Source: an uncultured Nitrososphaerota archaeon (GTDB lineage Archaea; Thermoproteota; Nitrososphaeria; Nitrososphaerales; CADDZS01). Taken from it: a stretch of DNA of 64,000 bases. The stretch lies in contig CAWCYI010000006.1 of assembly GCA_963799845.1 (NCBI GenBank), forward strand, positions 96,001 through 160,000. The letters run 5' to 3'. Position numbers and translations under genes: made by a program. Numbering within the stretch: the first letter of the stretch is position 1; each line of letters starts with the position of its first letter. Below, piece by piece: positions 26,249-37,168 of this stretch. The notes under the pieces are model-generated. The model saw only the letters and a list, made by a program, of their open reading frames with translations, had not been told where the DNA came from and searched no databases.

Positions 26249-27190
26249 TTGGGATTCTTGAGTAAGCGCATTGGGGTTCTTTGTGGAGGCTCCGGATCTT
26301 CGAAGTTTGCCTCCGCGATCGCGAAGCATTCAGGTGACAGCGTCGCTGTTGATTTGGGATTCATAGCCAATGTTGGAGACAATTTCTGGTATCATGGACT
26401 GCTCGTTTGTCCGGACATTGATATCATAACTTACGCCCTGTCCAATCAGCTGGACACAAAAAAAGGATGGGGAATGCAAAACGATGGATATCTTGCAAAA
26501 AATACGCTGTCCAAAACAGAAAGTCCCCCTGAGTGGTTCACCCTTGGAGATCGCGACCTTGCAATTTCTCTGAGAAGAACTGAGCTTCTCCGAAAGGGCT
26601 GGAGTCTGAGCTCCATAACGCGAAAATTGGTTACATCATTGGGTTCGAGTTTTCCCGTAATCCCCTCGACTGACGATCCCGTTCAAACATTTGTCAGGAC
26701 ACATGAAGGATCGATTCACCTGCAAGAATACTGGGTAAAAAACGGAGCTCGATTCGAAGCAGTCGGCGTCGAGTTTCTAGGCATCAAAAAAGCAAAGCCG
26801 ACCGATCAGTGTCTAGAATACTGCGATGGCCGAGCTCTAATCTGCCCAGGAAATCCGGTAACCAGCATTCTACCAACGTTAAGTTTGAAGGGAGTTGTCT
26901 CTCGTCTGAAAAAGTCGAAGGTGGTTGCCGTGAGTCCGTTTGTGGGGGACAAACCGTTCTCGGGCCCTGTAGGGAAAATGATGAGCGCCGTGGGTTTGGA
27001 GGCAAATAGCCTGGGAGTCGCAAAACTGTATTCTGAATTTCTAAACCTTCTTTTCGTGGATAGGAATGAAGATTCGGCCATCGTCTTGGAGATAAAGGGT
27101 CTGGGGATCGAATGTGTCAGAACAAACACCCGGATCGACAGCGAATCGGATGGGAAAACTATCGCGATGGAGTTAATGTCTGCACTTTGA
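26249..27190 (+). CDS. cofD: 2-phospho-L-lactate transferase
   Basis: GGSGSSKF, NVGDN, CPDID, WF.LGDRD, HLQEYWV and P.NPVTSI motifs. Confidence 0.93.
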   Translation: MGFLSKRIGVLCGGSGSSKFASAIAKHSGDSVAVDLGFIANVGDNFWYHGLLVCPDIDIITYALSNQLDTKKGWGMQNDGYLAKNTLSKTESPPEWFTLGDRDLAISLRRTELLRKGWSLSSITRKLVTSLGSSFPVIPSTDDPVQTFVRTHEGSIHLQEYWVKNGARFEAVGVEFLGIKKAKPTDQCLEYCDGRALICPGNPVTSILPTLSLKGVVSRLKKSKVVAVSPFVGDKPFSGPVGKMMSAVGLEANSLGVAKLYSEFLNLLFVDRNEDSAIVLEIKGLGIECVRTNTRIDSESDGKTIAMELMSAL

Positions 27191-27840
27191 CCGAGGCATA
27201 CTCGATCGTTCCGGTCAGAGAATTAGCCGATACCAAGATTCGATTGAGTTCTGTTCTTTCCCGGGATGAACGAGCCAGCCTAACCAAAGTCTTGCTGAAG
27301 CATGTCGTCTGTGCTTATCAGAAATCGGATGTAAAAGAAATTCTTGTTGTATCGCCGATTCCAGAGGAAATAACTCTATTCCTTCATGACTTCGGGAAGA
27401 TTAGGGCGGTCCGCGAATCTCGTCGCCGCGGAGGAGTAAACTCAGCGATGAATGACGGCATTGGAGAAATTCGCAAACTCCCAGGCGAATCGAAAATCCT
27501 GTTGATGCCGTCTGATCTGCCATTCCTATCAAGTGAAGTGATTAACAGGGGGATTCGCCTCTTAGATGAGTATGATTTGATTATCAACCCGTCTGAGAGG
27601 AAAGACGGAACAAATCTCCTGGCTTTCCGTCTATCGAAGATGATCCCTCTTCACTACGACGACGACAGTTTCTCAAAACACAAGAAGGAAGCGGAAAAAA
27701 GAAAACTGAAATTTCTCACAATCGACTGGAGAGAATTATCTTTCGATGTAGACGACCCAGATGACTTGATGTCTCTTATGCACGAACTAAACGCAACTTC
27801 CAACGAATCTTTGATCGATGTTCTCTCCAGATCTAGTTGA
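27187..27840 (+). CDS. cofC: 2-phospho-L-lactate/PEP guanylyltransferase
   Basis: IVPV...K.RLS.VLS..ER, PSDLP, DGTN and FDVDDPDD motifs; start refined to TTG at 27187. Confidence 0.9.
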   Translation: MTEAYSIVPVRELADTKIRLSSVLSRDERASLTKVLLKHVVCAYQKSDVKEILVVSPIPEEITLFLHDFGKIRAVRESRRRGGVNSAMNDGIGEIRKLPGESKILLMPSDLPFLSSEVINRGIRLLDEYDLIINPSERKDGTNLLAFRLSKMIPLHYDDDSFSKHKKEAEKRKLKFLTIDWRELSFDVDDPDDLMSLMHELNATSNESLIDVLSRSS

Positions 27841-28094
27841 TACGTCGAGTGCAAAAGAAATTTGCAGAGCAAAAGTCAAGCTGATATTAAGTGGCGAAAT
27901 CATTGCGAGGGATAAGCAGAAACTTGATCCTGAAAACGTAATTTCACGCAACTATTATTAACGAACTTTCGTGCATTTGACCTTACGCAACTTTTTGGAA
28001 GGGTCTCATTGCCTCTTTGTGGTGTTGATTTAGTGCCTGAACCTAGAGGATCAACTTTCTTTTGTGAGATCTCATAGGAGCAGACCTTTACTTC

Positions 28095-29009
28095 TTGACC
28101 AAAACTGACTCTATGGAAAGTTCGTCGAGCAAGCAGAGTGTCATTAGGGACTATTATTACGTTACAAAGCCGAACGTTATCACTCTGCTCGTTTTTACCG
28201 GAGCCGCTTCCTACGTTGCTTCTGCAGGATGGCATACCAGAATTCTTCAGCTCGTTCTAGTGTGCGCTGCCATCTGGCTGGGATCTGCTGCGGCGAACAC
28301 GGTCGGGAGTTACTTTGACCGGGACGTTGATGCCATTATGAAACGGACGAGAGACAGAGCAATACCCACTGGAAGGATTGCGCCCAAAAATGCCTTAAGA
28401 TACGGCTTGACATTGCTCGCGTTGAGCCTCGTCTTATCGTACTACCTGAACCCAGTTTGCGCTCTCCCCATGGTTGCTGGGTTCCTCGACTATACCGTTG
28501 TCTACAGTTACGGACTGAAGAGAAGAAGTTGGCTGAACATTATCCTCGGAGGGTTTTCCGGAGTGATGCCGGTTCTGATTGGGTTTTACGCAGCCTCAAG
28601 CCCAGTTATCCCGCTGGTTACCGCGGTATTCATGGGATTTCTTGTCTTCTTCTGGATTCCGGAGCACATCTGGTCTCTTGCGATTCGGTTCAGGCAGGAT
28701 TACACAGAAGCAAAGATTCCGATGCTGCCGGTCGTCATTTCAGAGAAACGATCGGTCCAGGTAATTGCTATCACGACGATAATAATGGTAATCTACAGCC
28801 TGGCGCCCCTTCTATTTCCCCAGTTGCATCTTCATCTAGTCTATTTGGGAGTAGCGGGCGGCTTTGGTGCGTTGATGCTAGCCATAAATGTCTGGCTTTT
28901 GAAAGACCCGTCTCCTTCGAAGGCGTGGACTGTCTTCAAGATATCCAGTCCGTATCTTTTCTTTGTTTTCATCGGAATCGTGATCGACGTTCTAGTCTAT
29001 TCACGCTAG
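28095..29009 (+). CDS. ctaB: protoheme IX farnesyltransferase (heme o synthase)
   Basis: TKP, DRDVDAIMKRTRDR.IP.G, LKRR..NI..GG and W.PEH.W.LA motifs. Confidence 0.95.
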   Translation: MTKTDSMESSSSKQSVIRDYYYVTKPNVITLLVFTGAASYVASAGWHTRILQLVLVCAAIWLGSAAANTVGSYFDRDVDAIMKRTRDRAIPTGRIAPKNALRYGLTLLALSLVLSYYLNPVCALPMVAGFLDYTVVYSYGLKRRSWLNIILGGFSGVMPVLIGFYAASSPVIPLVTAVFMGFLVFFWIPEHIWSLAIRFRQDYTEAKIPMLPVVISEKRSVQVIAITTIIMVIYSLAPLLFPQLHLHLVYLGVAGGFGALMLAINVWLLKDPSPSKAWTVFKISSPYLFFVFIGIVIDVLVYSR

Positions 29010-29162
29010 AATCCTTCAAGAGCCGAACGCGCCTCTTGTTTCTTGCGGCTCTTTCGTAAATCGACCATTCGAGTAGCATTATCCGAGAGACTCAGATTAT
29101 TCGAAAAGAGGAATTCTAACGTTCCACAAATTGTAAATCCCCACTCTTTTGAATGCCCGTCA

Positions 29163-29897
29163 ATGGCTTCAAAGAAATCATCCACCAATCCCAGGGCAGT
29201 GATATTAGCAGGAGGAATGGGGACAAGGCTGAGACCGTACACCTATTTTGTTCCGAAGCCGATGTTGCCTCTTGGAGACAGGCCTCTCCTTGAGCACCTT
29301 ATTTTGTGGTTAAAGGAGAACGGAGTTTCAGAGTTAGTCTTGTCGGTTAGCTATTTGCACAAGACAATAGAGTCGTACTTTGATTCCGGAAGAGAGTGGG
29401 GAGTTAAGATTTCGTATGTGAGATCCCGGAAACCGCTGGGAATTTCAGGGCAACTCCTCAACGCAAAAGATTTGATCAAATCCACCTTCTATCTGCTATA
29501 CGGCGACTCTGTGTTCGACTTTGATTTGCGAGAAATGTTGAAGCAACATGAAACTACTAAATCCGTTTTGACAATGGGTTTGATGAAGTATGCACAAAAG
29601 CTCCCGTACGGGTTGATTGAAAGGGACTCGGATGGGAATGTAACATCGTGGAGCGAGAAACCGGAGTTTGGTGGTTTGATAAACGTGGGTTGTTATGTTG
29701 TGGAGCCTCGAATCTTCGACTACATTCCACACGGGAAGATGTACGGCTTTGACACGGTTGTCAGAGACATGATCAAGGCCGGAGAAAAAGTATCTTCGTT
29801 TGTCATAGAGGGAAAAGAGTTTCTTGACATCGGAGACGAGAAATCATATCGACGAGTCGACGAAATTTTCATTGAAAAAATGGGTAAAGTACTTTGA
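29163..29897 (+). CDS. sugar-phosphate nucleotidyltransferase
   Basis: ILAGGMGTRLRPYT..PKPML motif; start refined to ATG at 29163. Confidence 0.92.
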   Translation: MASKKSSTNPRAVILAGGMGTRLRPYTYFVPKPMLPLGDRPLLEHLILWLKENGVSELVLSVSYLHKTIESYFDSGREWGVKISYVRSRKPLGISGQLLNAKDLIKSTFYLLYGDSVFDFDLREMLKQHETTKSVLTMGLMKYAQKLPYGLIERDSDGNVTSWSEKPEFGGLINVGCYVVEPRIFDYIPHGKMYGFDTVVRDMIKAGEKVSSFVIEGKEFLDIGDEKSYRRVDEIFIEKMGKVL

Positions 29898-31171
29898 ATA
29901 CGAGCGACGCCAGACTAGTAGTTTTCGAGTCTGGCATAAGAGAGAATTTTTACCCGCTCACTTACACCAAGCTTGCATCGGATCTCTTTTTCGGTACCTG
30001 CACCATTCTCGAAGGTATCGAACGGAGGCTCTCAACAAAGTGCACTGATATTTATGCTCCAAAATATCTAGAGGCTTTTGCAAAGGAAGTTCATCCGAGT
30101 GTCGTCGTTAATGATCATAATTCTAGTACATGTATCATTGTAAGTTCGCTTGTCTCCCACAGGGACGAGTTCTGGGGATTTGCCCTGAATGCGATTGAAG
30201 AGCCTGGGCAAGTCATTTACATGGATCACCTCGGAAATCTCGTTTTCGGAAAACTGGACGAATCCAGCCCCTCTCTTCTGGAAAAGAATCTCAGAAAACA
30301 TTCGACGATAAAAAAAATAATACTTCCCGCGGAAATTAGCAATATCGCACTCATCAAATATCCATGGGAGCTCGTGAAAGAAAATCCTGGAAAAATCGCG
30401 TCAGATTTTTCATATCCCTCGAGATTTCAATTGAAATCCACTGATATCGAAGTCAGAGGCAGTAAAGTTTCAATTGCGGAAAATGCTGATGTAGAGCGAT
30501 TTGTGACGTTTGACTCGAGAAAAGGGCCAATAATTATCGACGAAGAAGCGGAAGTAGAAAGCTTCTCTCACCTGACCGGGCCCTGCTTTGTGGGAAAATG
30601 GACGAAGGTAAGATCTGCCAGATTGAGGGAAGGTACTTCGATAGCTTCGGGCTGCAAGGTCGCAGGCGAAATAGACGCATCCATCGTTTCCGAACGCACC
30701 AACAAGAGCCACGACGGCTATCTCGGCCATTCGGTCGTGGGAAGCTGGGTAAATCTCGGCGCCATGACCACGAATTCAGACTTGAAGAACACGTACGGCA
30801 AAATAAGCGTGAAAATGGGCCGGAAACCCATCGACACGGGAGAAATAAAGGTAGGAGTCTTCCTCGGTGACATGTCGAAGACTGCTATTGGTTCTCTTTT
30901 GAGCTCTGGTAGAAAGGTTGGCGTCGGTTCCCAGGTGTTTGGGATTGTATCTGAAGATGTACCCTCCTTCACAATGTATGGCAAATCTCTGGCTGCGCGA
31001 AGCGCGGAGATCTACATTGAAAGCGTTCTTTCGACCCAGAAGAGAATGATGGAAAGGAGGGGATTACACATGACCGATGCGATGGCGTCGCTGATAAGGT
31101 CAATTTATAAAATGACTAAAGGTGAAAGGGCTTTTCAACGGGTGGCAAAGACCCGATTCAAGCTCCCGTGA
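29894..31171 (+). CDS. GlmU-like putative sugar nucleotidyl/acyltransferase
   Basis: F.PLT N-terminus; left-handed beta-helix repeats; NKSHDGYLGHS..GSWVNLGA.T.NSDLKN. Confidence 0.85.
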   Translation: MNTSDARLVVFESGIRENFYPLTYTKLASDLFFGTCTILEGIERRLSTKCTDIYAPKYLEAFAKEVHPSVVVNDHNSSTCIIVSSLVSHRDEFWGFALNAIEEPGQVIYMDHLGNLVFGKLDESSPSLLEKNLRKHSTIKKIILPAEISNIALIKYPWELVKENPGKIASDFSYPSRFQLKSTDIEVRGSKVSIAENADVERFVTFDSRKGPIIIDEEAEVESFSHLTGPCFVGKWTKVRSARLREGTSIASGCKVAGEIDASIVSERTNKSHDGYLGHSVVGSWVNLGAMTTNSDLKNTYGKISVKMGRKPIDTGEIKVGVFLGDMSKTAIGSLLSSGRKVGVGSQVFGIVSEDVPSFTMYGKSLAARSAEIYIESVLSTQKRMMERRGLHMTDAMASLIRSIYKMTKGERAFQRVAKTRFKLP

Positions 31172-31183
31172 GTTGAAGTTATA

Positions 31184-32323
31184 TTGAAACACGCGCACGT
31201 TTCCGCCAAGAAAATAGAGTCCATACTAGCCTCGGTCTCGAAAATAGACACCTCCGGACTGCGATCAGACTATGACTCCTGGCCAAGTTTCGCCAGGTCA
31301 AGCTGGACCGGTGCTCAAACACCCCAGTTAGAGCGTACATATTCATCAATCGTCTTCGCGGGAATGGGCGGCTCAGGCATAATCGGAGAAATAATTTCTG
31401 ATCTTTCGAACGAGTTAGATTCCCTGAGGGTTGATGTCTTGAAGGAATACCATCTTCCGCGACATTACTCGAATGAGACCCTCGTCGTTGGCGTGAGTGC
31501 GAGCGGAAACACGGAAGAAACCCTTTCTGTTCTGGCAGAGGCAAACAAGAGGGGATTTGATATCTGCACGTTCGGTTCTGGTGGATTGCTGGAAAAGTTT
31601 TCCCAATCAAACCCGAGAATTAGGTTTACGAAAACGTCGATGCTAAAAGTTCCGAGATCATCGTTCCCCGGCCTATTTTATGTCGTGTTGAAATTTATGA
31701 TTCAGAACGGGTATCTCCGTATCTCAGAAGAGCACGTTCAAGATTCGATTGACTGTCTGACCAGGGCTCGAGAGTTATGCCAAAAACCCTCCGCGAAACA
31801 AAACAGGGCTCTGGAGATCGCGGCAGCCCTTTCCCAAGGGAAGAATGCCGTCCCTCTGATTTATTCGTCGAGGAGAACCCGCGCGGTAGGCCTCCGGTTC
31901 AGGCAGTCGCTCAATGAAAACGCAAAGACGCATGGATTCGACGGTGTCGTTCCCGAGCTGTGCCACAACGAGATCGTCGCCTGGGACAGAAATTCAACCG
32001 GAAAAAAGCGGACGAGTCGGGAGGAAACGGGCGGATCGAATTTCGTTCCGATATCTCTTAGATTGGAGGACGATCCGCTGGAGATCAAAACGCGTTTCCA
32101 GATCATCGATGATATTCTGAAAAGATCGAAGGCGCAGTTTATACCAGCTCCAAGCCTGGGCACTATCTATCTCAGCCGGATAATGTCAATGCTGTACGTT
32201 CTTGACTATGCGACCTACTATACTGCCATCTTCAAACACATCGATCCTATCCAAACTCCGTCGATTGATTACATGAAGAGTGAACTGAAAACTAGGTTGA
32301 ATTTTCTGTCTCGGATAGTCTAA
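31184..32323 (+). CDS. bifunctional phosphoglucose/phosphomannose isomerase (SIS)
   Basis: GMGGSG, S.SGNTEET, NENAK and PELCHNEI motifs. Confidence 0.92.
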   Translation: MKHAHVSAKKIESILASVSKIDTSGLRSDYDSWPSFARSSWTGAQTPQLERTYSSIVFAGMGGSGIIGEIISDLSNELDSLRVDVLKEYHLPRHYSNETLVVGVSASGNTEETLSVLAEANKRGFDICTFGSGGLLEKFSQSNPRIRFTKTSMLKVPRSSFPGLFYVVLKFMIQNGYLRISEEHVQDSIDCLTRARELCQKPSAKQNRALEIAAALSQGKNAVPLIYSSRRTRAVGLRFRQSLNENAKTHGFDGVVPELCHNEIVAWDRNSTGKKRTSREETGGSNFVPISLRLEDDPLEIKTRFQIIDDILKRSKAQFIPAPSLGTIYLSRIMSMLYVLDYATYYTAIFKHIDPIQTPSIDYMKSELKTRLNFLSRIV

Positions 32324-32376
32324 ACAAAAATTCATATCTGTGACCAATACTAAGGAAATCCGTTTTCTTTTCTCCG

Positions 32377-34887
32377 GTGTTGGTGTTTTTGGAAGCCGTG
32401 GTCATGGCAGGAGGAGAAGGTTCCCGACTGAGACCACTCACGTCTACGAGACCCAAACCGCTCGTGCCTGTTGTAAATCGCCCGATCCTTTGGCACGTTC
32501 TGAGGCTTCTGCAAAAACACGGAATAAACCAGGCTCACATTACTTTGCATTATCTGGCGGATCAGATTACCACTGCTTTTTCTGGGTCTCGCGACATTAA
32601 TCTTCACATCAATTATTCATTCGAGGACAGGCCTCTTGGCACCGCTGGATCGGTCAAAGCAATCGAGCAAGAACTGACCGATACTTTTCTCGTGATATCG
32701 GGGGATGTCATGACTGATTTTGATCTTTCCCGGCTCATTGAATTCCACAAGAAAAGTGGAGCAACGGTGACCATAGGGCTGGCTAGAGTCCAGAACCCGC
32801 TCGAGTATGGGGTGGTAATGACCGATTCCGAGCACAGAGTAACAAGGTTTTTGGAAAAGCCCGGTTGGTCGGAGGTCTTCAGTGATACGGTCAACACCGG
32901 GATCTACATTATCGACCGCGAGGCGCTCGAGCAAATCGAGCCAGATAAGCAGTGCGACTTTTCCAAAGATCTATTCCCAAAACTCCTGAAAAATGAAAAT
33001 TCTATTTTCGCTTTGCCCCTCGATGGGTACTGGTGCGATGTCGGGATGCCATCGCAGTACATTACAGCGCATCACGACATCTTGTCGGGCAAGACGGGCG
33101 TAGAAATTCCCGGGAAAAAGAACTCGGATAATATCTGGGTCGAGGATGGTGCGGAGATTCATCCCAGCGCCCAGCTTGTGGGACCGTGTTTGATAGGAAA
33201 TCGAGCGTTGGTTGCGAAGAATGCCTCGGTGGGGCCACTGTCGTGCATCGGTTCGCACGTATCCATAGAATCGGGGGCCGTAGTTTCAAGGTCAGTGGTG
33301 TACGATTTTGCCTACATTGGAAGAGATGCTGAGGCGAAGGGATGCGTCATTGGGAAGAGCGCCGTCCTCAGGCCGAGGGCTCGCGTCTTCGAAGGCGCGG
33401 TGATCGGTGACGGGACTCAGCTCGGAACTGGCTGTGAAGTCTCCCAGAAGGTGAGAATTTGGCCCGACAAGAGTGTCGAGAGCGGCGCGGTCGTCCGCGA
33501 GAACCTCGTCTGGGGGCTTACCTGGCAGAGAAACATTTTCGGGTCTCGGGGAATAATTGGTATTTCAAACGTCGAAATCACGCCGGAAATAACTGCGAAG
33601 CTCGGAGCAGCTTTCGGGACATTCGCGGGTTCGAAGGGCAAGGTGGTTGTAGCGAGGGACACTCTCAGATCCTCCAGAATGCTGAAGCGGTCGTTTATCG
33701 CTGGACTGCTTTCGACAGGAAACACCGTCTTTAATCTAAGAGCTTCCCCTTTGCCGCTGATGCGATTGTCTGTAGTGTCAAACAGATTAGATGGGGGAGT
33801 CTACTTCGGGGCAAATTCTAACGAACCGGATTATTCCATTTTACAGTTCATCGATTCAAAGGGGTACAACATCAGTTCCGATACTCAACGGAAAATTGAG
33901 AGTATTCTGTTCAAGGAAGAAATTCACAGGGCTTCGTATGAAGAGCTTTCAGACATATTCTATCTTCCGCAGAGCGAAGATGCTTACGAGGAGATCGTCC
34001 TAAACAATATCGATTCCCGACCGATTTCGGGTACTCGTCCTAGGATCGTAGTCGATTGCGCGCTCGGGCCGGTCTCAGTAACTGCTCCCCAGATCCTGTC
34101 GAAGTTGGGTTGCGAAGTCGTGAGTCTGAATGCGAGTACGGGGACGTATTCCACAACTCTATCCGTGTCTAGCAGTCCGTCAAACTTGAAAGACATAGTA
34201 ACGGCAGTTGGAGCAGTTGCTGGATTCCGCTTTGCGGGTGCGGGTGATACGGTCCGAATCGTGGACGAAACTGGGGAGATGTTGAGCGGGGATGAATCTC
34301 TTGCGTTAATGTCTGAGATAATGTTAAGATTGCAGCCGGGGACTATAGCCGTCCCGCTGAGTTCCTCCGGCCTGATCGAAAACATTGCAGAAAAAAAGGG
34401 TCAAAGGGTACTCCGACTAAAGACAGAACCCCGCGCATTGATGGAGGCGGTAGGATCGGGAGAGGCGAGTTTCGCGGGCAATGACGCTGGTGAGTTCATA
34501 GTGTCAAAGGATCTTCCATTCCCGGATGGTCTACTAGCTGCTGGAAAGGTGGTCGAATACTTGGCAACATCAGGTGCCCGAATCCACGAGATCAAGAAGG
34601 CAATCTATCAGCCAAGACTTGCTAAAGGCATCGTGCTTGTGCCATGGAACGAAAGGGGAAGAATAATGCGCCGGCTCGCCACGGATTTCGGTGAGAAAAG
34701 AGTCGAGAGCTTGGAAGGAATCAAACTACTGGTAGATGGCGGATGGGTACTGATCAATCCTAGTACGGACGAGCCTGTGTTCGAGATAGTTGCAGAATCT
34801 GCCAACTCCCAGAGCTCAACGACTATCTTGAAAGATTTTCAGAACCGAGTTTCTGAGATCGTAAACGGCAGCGATAGCACGGCCTAA
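32377..34887 (+). CDS. mannose-1-phosphate guanylyltransferase fused to a phosphomannomutase-like domain
   Basis: MAGGEGSRLRPLT..PKP, hexapeptide repeats, then FG..GI.G and a PGM/PMM scaffold with degenerate catalytic motifs. Confidence 0.9.
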   Translation: MLVFLEAVVMAGGEGSRLRPLTSTRPKPLVPVVNRPILWHVLRLLQKHGINQAHITLHYLADQITTAFSGSRDINLHINYSFEDRPLGTAGSVKAIEQELTDTFLVISGDVMTDFDLSRLIEFHKKSGATVTIGLARVQNPLEYGVVMTDSEHRVTRFLEKPGWSEVFSDTVNTGIYIIDREALEQIEPDKQCDFSKDLFPKLLKNENSIFALPLDGYWCDVGMPSQYITAHHDILSGKTGVEIPGKKNSDNIWVEDGAEIHPSAQLVGPCLIGNRALVAKNASVGPLSCIGSHVSIESGAVVSRSVVYDFAYIGRDAEAKGCVIGKSAVLRPRARVFEGAVIGDGTQLGTGCEVSQKVRIWPDKSVESGAVVRENLVWGLTWQRNIFGSRGIIGISNVEITPEITAKLGAAFGTFAGSKGKVVVARDTLRSSRMLKRSFIAGLLSTGNTVFNLRASPLPLMRLSVVSNRLDGGVYFGANSNEPDYSILQFIDSKGYNISSDTQRKIESILFKEEIHRASYEELSDIFYLPQSEDAYEEIVLNNIDSRPISGTRPRIVVDCALGPVSVTAPQILSKLGCEVVSLNASTGTYSTTLSVSSSPSNLKDIVTAVGAVAGFRFAGAGDTVRIVDETGEMLSGDESLALMSEIMLRLQPGTIAVPLSSSGLIENIAEKKGQRVLRLKTEPRALMEAVGSGEASFAGNDAGEFIVSKDLPFPDGLLAAGKVVEYLATSGARIHEIKKAIYQPRLAKGIVLVPWNERGRIMRRLATDFGEKRVESLEGIKLLVDGGWVLINPSTDEPVFEIVAESANSQSSTTILKDFQNRVSEIVNGSDSTA

Positions 34888-34955
34888 GTCATAATAGCAA
34901 CGCTTATTCACGAAGCTCGAAGGCACGAATTTCTGTTCTCGAAGAGTTGCGCTGA

Positions 34956-36167
34956 TTGTCCACTGGTGATTCGAAACCCATGAAAATCCTGATGTTCACC
35001 TGGGAGTATCCTCCGAGGATCGTTGGCGGGATTTCAAGGGTTGTGGAGGGACTCTCGCGCTCTCTAACTGAGTTAGGGCAGGAGGTCCACGTCATAACGA
35101 ACGAAATGCCTGGATTTCCCGCCGAGGACAACGATAGAGGGGTGCTCGTTCACCGGGTGGCGATAGAATCACCGACACCGAACTTTCATACCTGGGTGAT
35201 GATGATGAACCACTATTTTGCAAAGAGAGCCGGGAGGCTAGTGCGAGAGGTAGGCAATTTCGATATCAGCCACGTCCACGACTGGCTTGTGCTTCCCGCT
35301 GGAGCTGAGACAAAGAGTTACCTTGGGACAACGCTAGTTTCGACGCTACATTCGTTGGAATTTAGAAGAAGTGGTGGGGTTGACACGCCTGAGAGTAAAA
35401 TGGCGGACAGCCTGGAGTGGTGGATTACCTACGAGTCCTCCATTATAATTCTCTGTTCAAAATCAATGAAAGACGACACGATCAGTCACTTTCGAGTGCC
35501 TCAGGACAAGTTGCGAGTAATCCCGATCGGAATCGACCGGTCAAAGTTCAAGGATAGAAAACCAGATAGAGAAAAGACGAGGGAAAAGTATGGAGTACAT
35601 TCCGAAGAAAAACTAGTGTTGTTCGTCGGCCGTTTGACCAGTCAGAAGGGCTGCGAGTATCTGATTCGCGCGATTCCCTATATTGCCAAATTCTTCAATG
35701 TGAAACTACTCATTGCGGGCGACGGATATCTCCGTGGAGAACTTGAGGGCATCGCAGTTCGCGCGGGAGTTCGAACAAGGACAATTTTCGCCGGCTTTGT
35801 TGGAGACGATGATCTTACCGACCTTTTTCTTTGCTCAGATCTGATGATGATTCCATCGGTCTACGAACCTTTTGGTGTTGTCGCGCTTGAAGCGATGGCT
35901 GCGCGCCTCCCCGTCGTCGCGAGCAACGTCGATGGACTGGCCGAAATAATAAAGCATGAGGAAAACGGAATACTCGTTTTTCCGCGGGATAGTTCTTCCA
36001 TCGCCTGGGGTATATCGAGGATACTTTCAGATCAAGCCAATACCCAAAGGCTTGTCGAGAACGCATGGCGAGATGTCGAATCTAGGTTCTCATGGTCTAC
36101 AGTTGCGAGGCAGACTCTCGAGGTCTACAAGGAAGCAAAGCTTTCAGCGTCGAAGGATATCCGCTAG
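34956..36167 (+). CDS. GT4 glycosyltransferase
   Basis: WEYPP..VGG, HVHDW, FVGRL..QKG and PSVYEPFG.VALEAM motifs. Confidence 0.93.
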   Translation: MSTGDSKPMKILMFTWEYPPRIVGGISRVVEGLSRSLTELGQEVHVITNEMPGFPAEDNDRGVLVHRVAIESPTPNFHTWVMMMNHYFAKRAGRLVREVGNFDISHVHDWLVLPAGAETKSYLGTTLVSTLHSLEFRRSGGVDTPESKMADSLEWWITYESSIIILCSKSMKDDTISHFRVPQDKLRVIPIGIDRSKFKDRKPDREKTREKYGVHSEEKLVLFVGRLTSQKGCEYLIRAIPYIAKFFNVKLLIAGDGYLRGELEGIAVRAGVRTRTIFAGFVGDDDLTDLFLCSDLMMIPSVYEPFGVVALEAMAARLPVVASNVDGLAEIIKHEENGILVFPRDSSSIAWGISRILSDQANTQRLVENAWRDVESRFSWSTVARQTLEVYKEAKLSASKDIR

Positions 36168-36250
36168 AAAAGTCATGCATTTTGTTAATATTCCAGTGGT
36201 TAAATTATCAGACCAGCTACGATATTTTAATTTGAAAAGTGTAATCAATT

Positions 36251-36469
36251 TTGAGTGAAGAAATTATCACTATGCTTTCGAACCTCGGGGCTCTCGATGA
36301 GGATAAGGCAGTGAGCAAGAAACTCCTGAACAATTCAGAGCGATTGAAAAACTCTTACTTAGACGATGATATCAGATCGCTCGAAGAACGAGGATATGTG
36401 AAGCAGGTGCAGGACAGACTTTATCTGACTCAATCCGGCCTCGTCAGAGCCCTGTCCAACTTTAGTTGA
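36251..36469 (+). CDS. small winged-helix protein
   Basis: L..LEERGYV......YLT..G motif. Confidence 0.65.
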   Translation: MSEEIITMLSNLGALDEDKAVSKKLLNNSERLKNSYLDDDIRSLEERGYVKQVQDRLYLTQSGLVRALSNFS

Positions 36470-37168
36470 TCAGATATTCGGCGGGGGAACCGCATATTCT
36501 TCAATCGGATTTGACACGATAAGGCAATCTCCTGTCTCCAGTTTCATTCGCTCCCGCCAGCGTGGTGAAACTGTAATCGTCGGCGTTTTGATACTGAGTA
36601 CAGGCCTGCTCCCCTGGTCAATCTCGTCTGACCTTTTCAAAATCAGTTTGTCCTGGGCAGAGTCACTCGATCCATCGATCCTTTTGGAGTTCCTCGATCG
36701 AATCGATCTGACTTGAACTACTCCGCCCGAAGCATCGGCGATATTCAGAATAGACTTTTCTGAACTGAACGCAATAAAGATGGATCTAAGAATTCCGTAG
36801 GTATCATTCCCGTCCTTTGCAAAAAATTCTATTCTCTTGACCGGAGGAATATCGTCCATTCCTTCCTTTATTCTTGATAGAACTCCCCTCGGATAGATTA
36901 CCTTGGCAGAATCAACCCTTTTCAAAAGATCCGGGAATTCAAACGTTCGTTTTCTCCGAGTTTCCTCAAGCAGGCTAGAAGAGCGCATAGAATACGTGCT
37001 TACCTTATCTGATCCGTTGCGAATAGCCAGTTCACCAAGTGAAATGACTGGCGAGTTGATTAAGGTATTGGAGATGAAAGAGCGAACAGGGATTCGGATT
37101 CTTAATCCTGAAAGTTTCTGGTTTGTACAACCAACAACTAGGACAACAGGTCTGTCGATCTCTTCCAC
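36470..37168 (-). CDS. hypothetical protein
   Basis: 232-aa ORF overlapping the end of mrp. Confidence 0.6.
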   Translation of the reverse strand: MEEIDRPVVLVVGCTNQKLSGLRIRIPVRSFISNTLINSPVISLGELAIRNGSDKVSTYSMRSSSLLEETRRKRTFEFPDLLKRVDSAKVIYPRGVLSRIKEGMDDIPPVKRIEFFAKDGNDTYGILRSIFIAFSSEKSILNIADASGGVVQVRSIRSRNSKRIDGSSDSAQDKLILKRSDEIDQGSRPVLSIKTPTITVSPRWRERMKLETGDCLIVSNPIEEYAVPPPNI

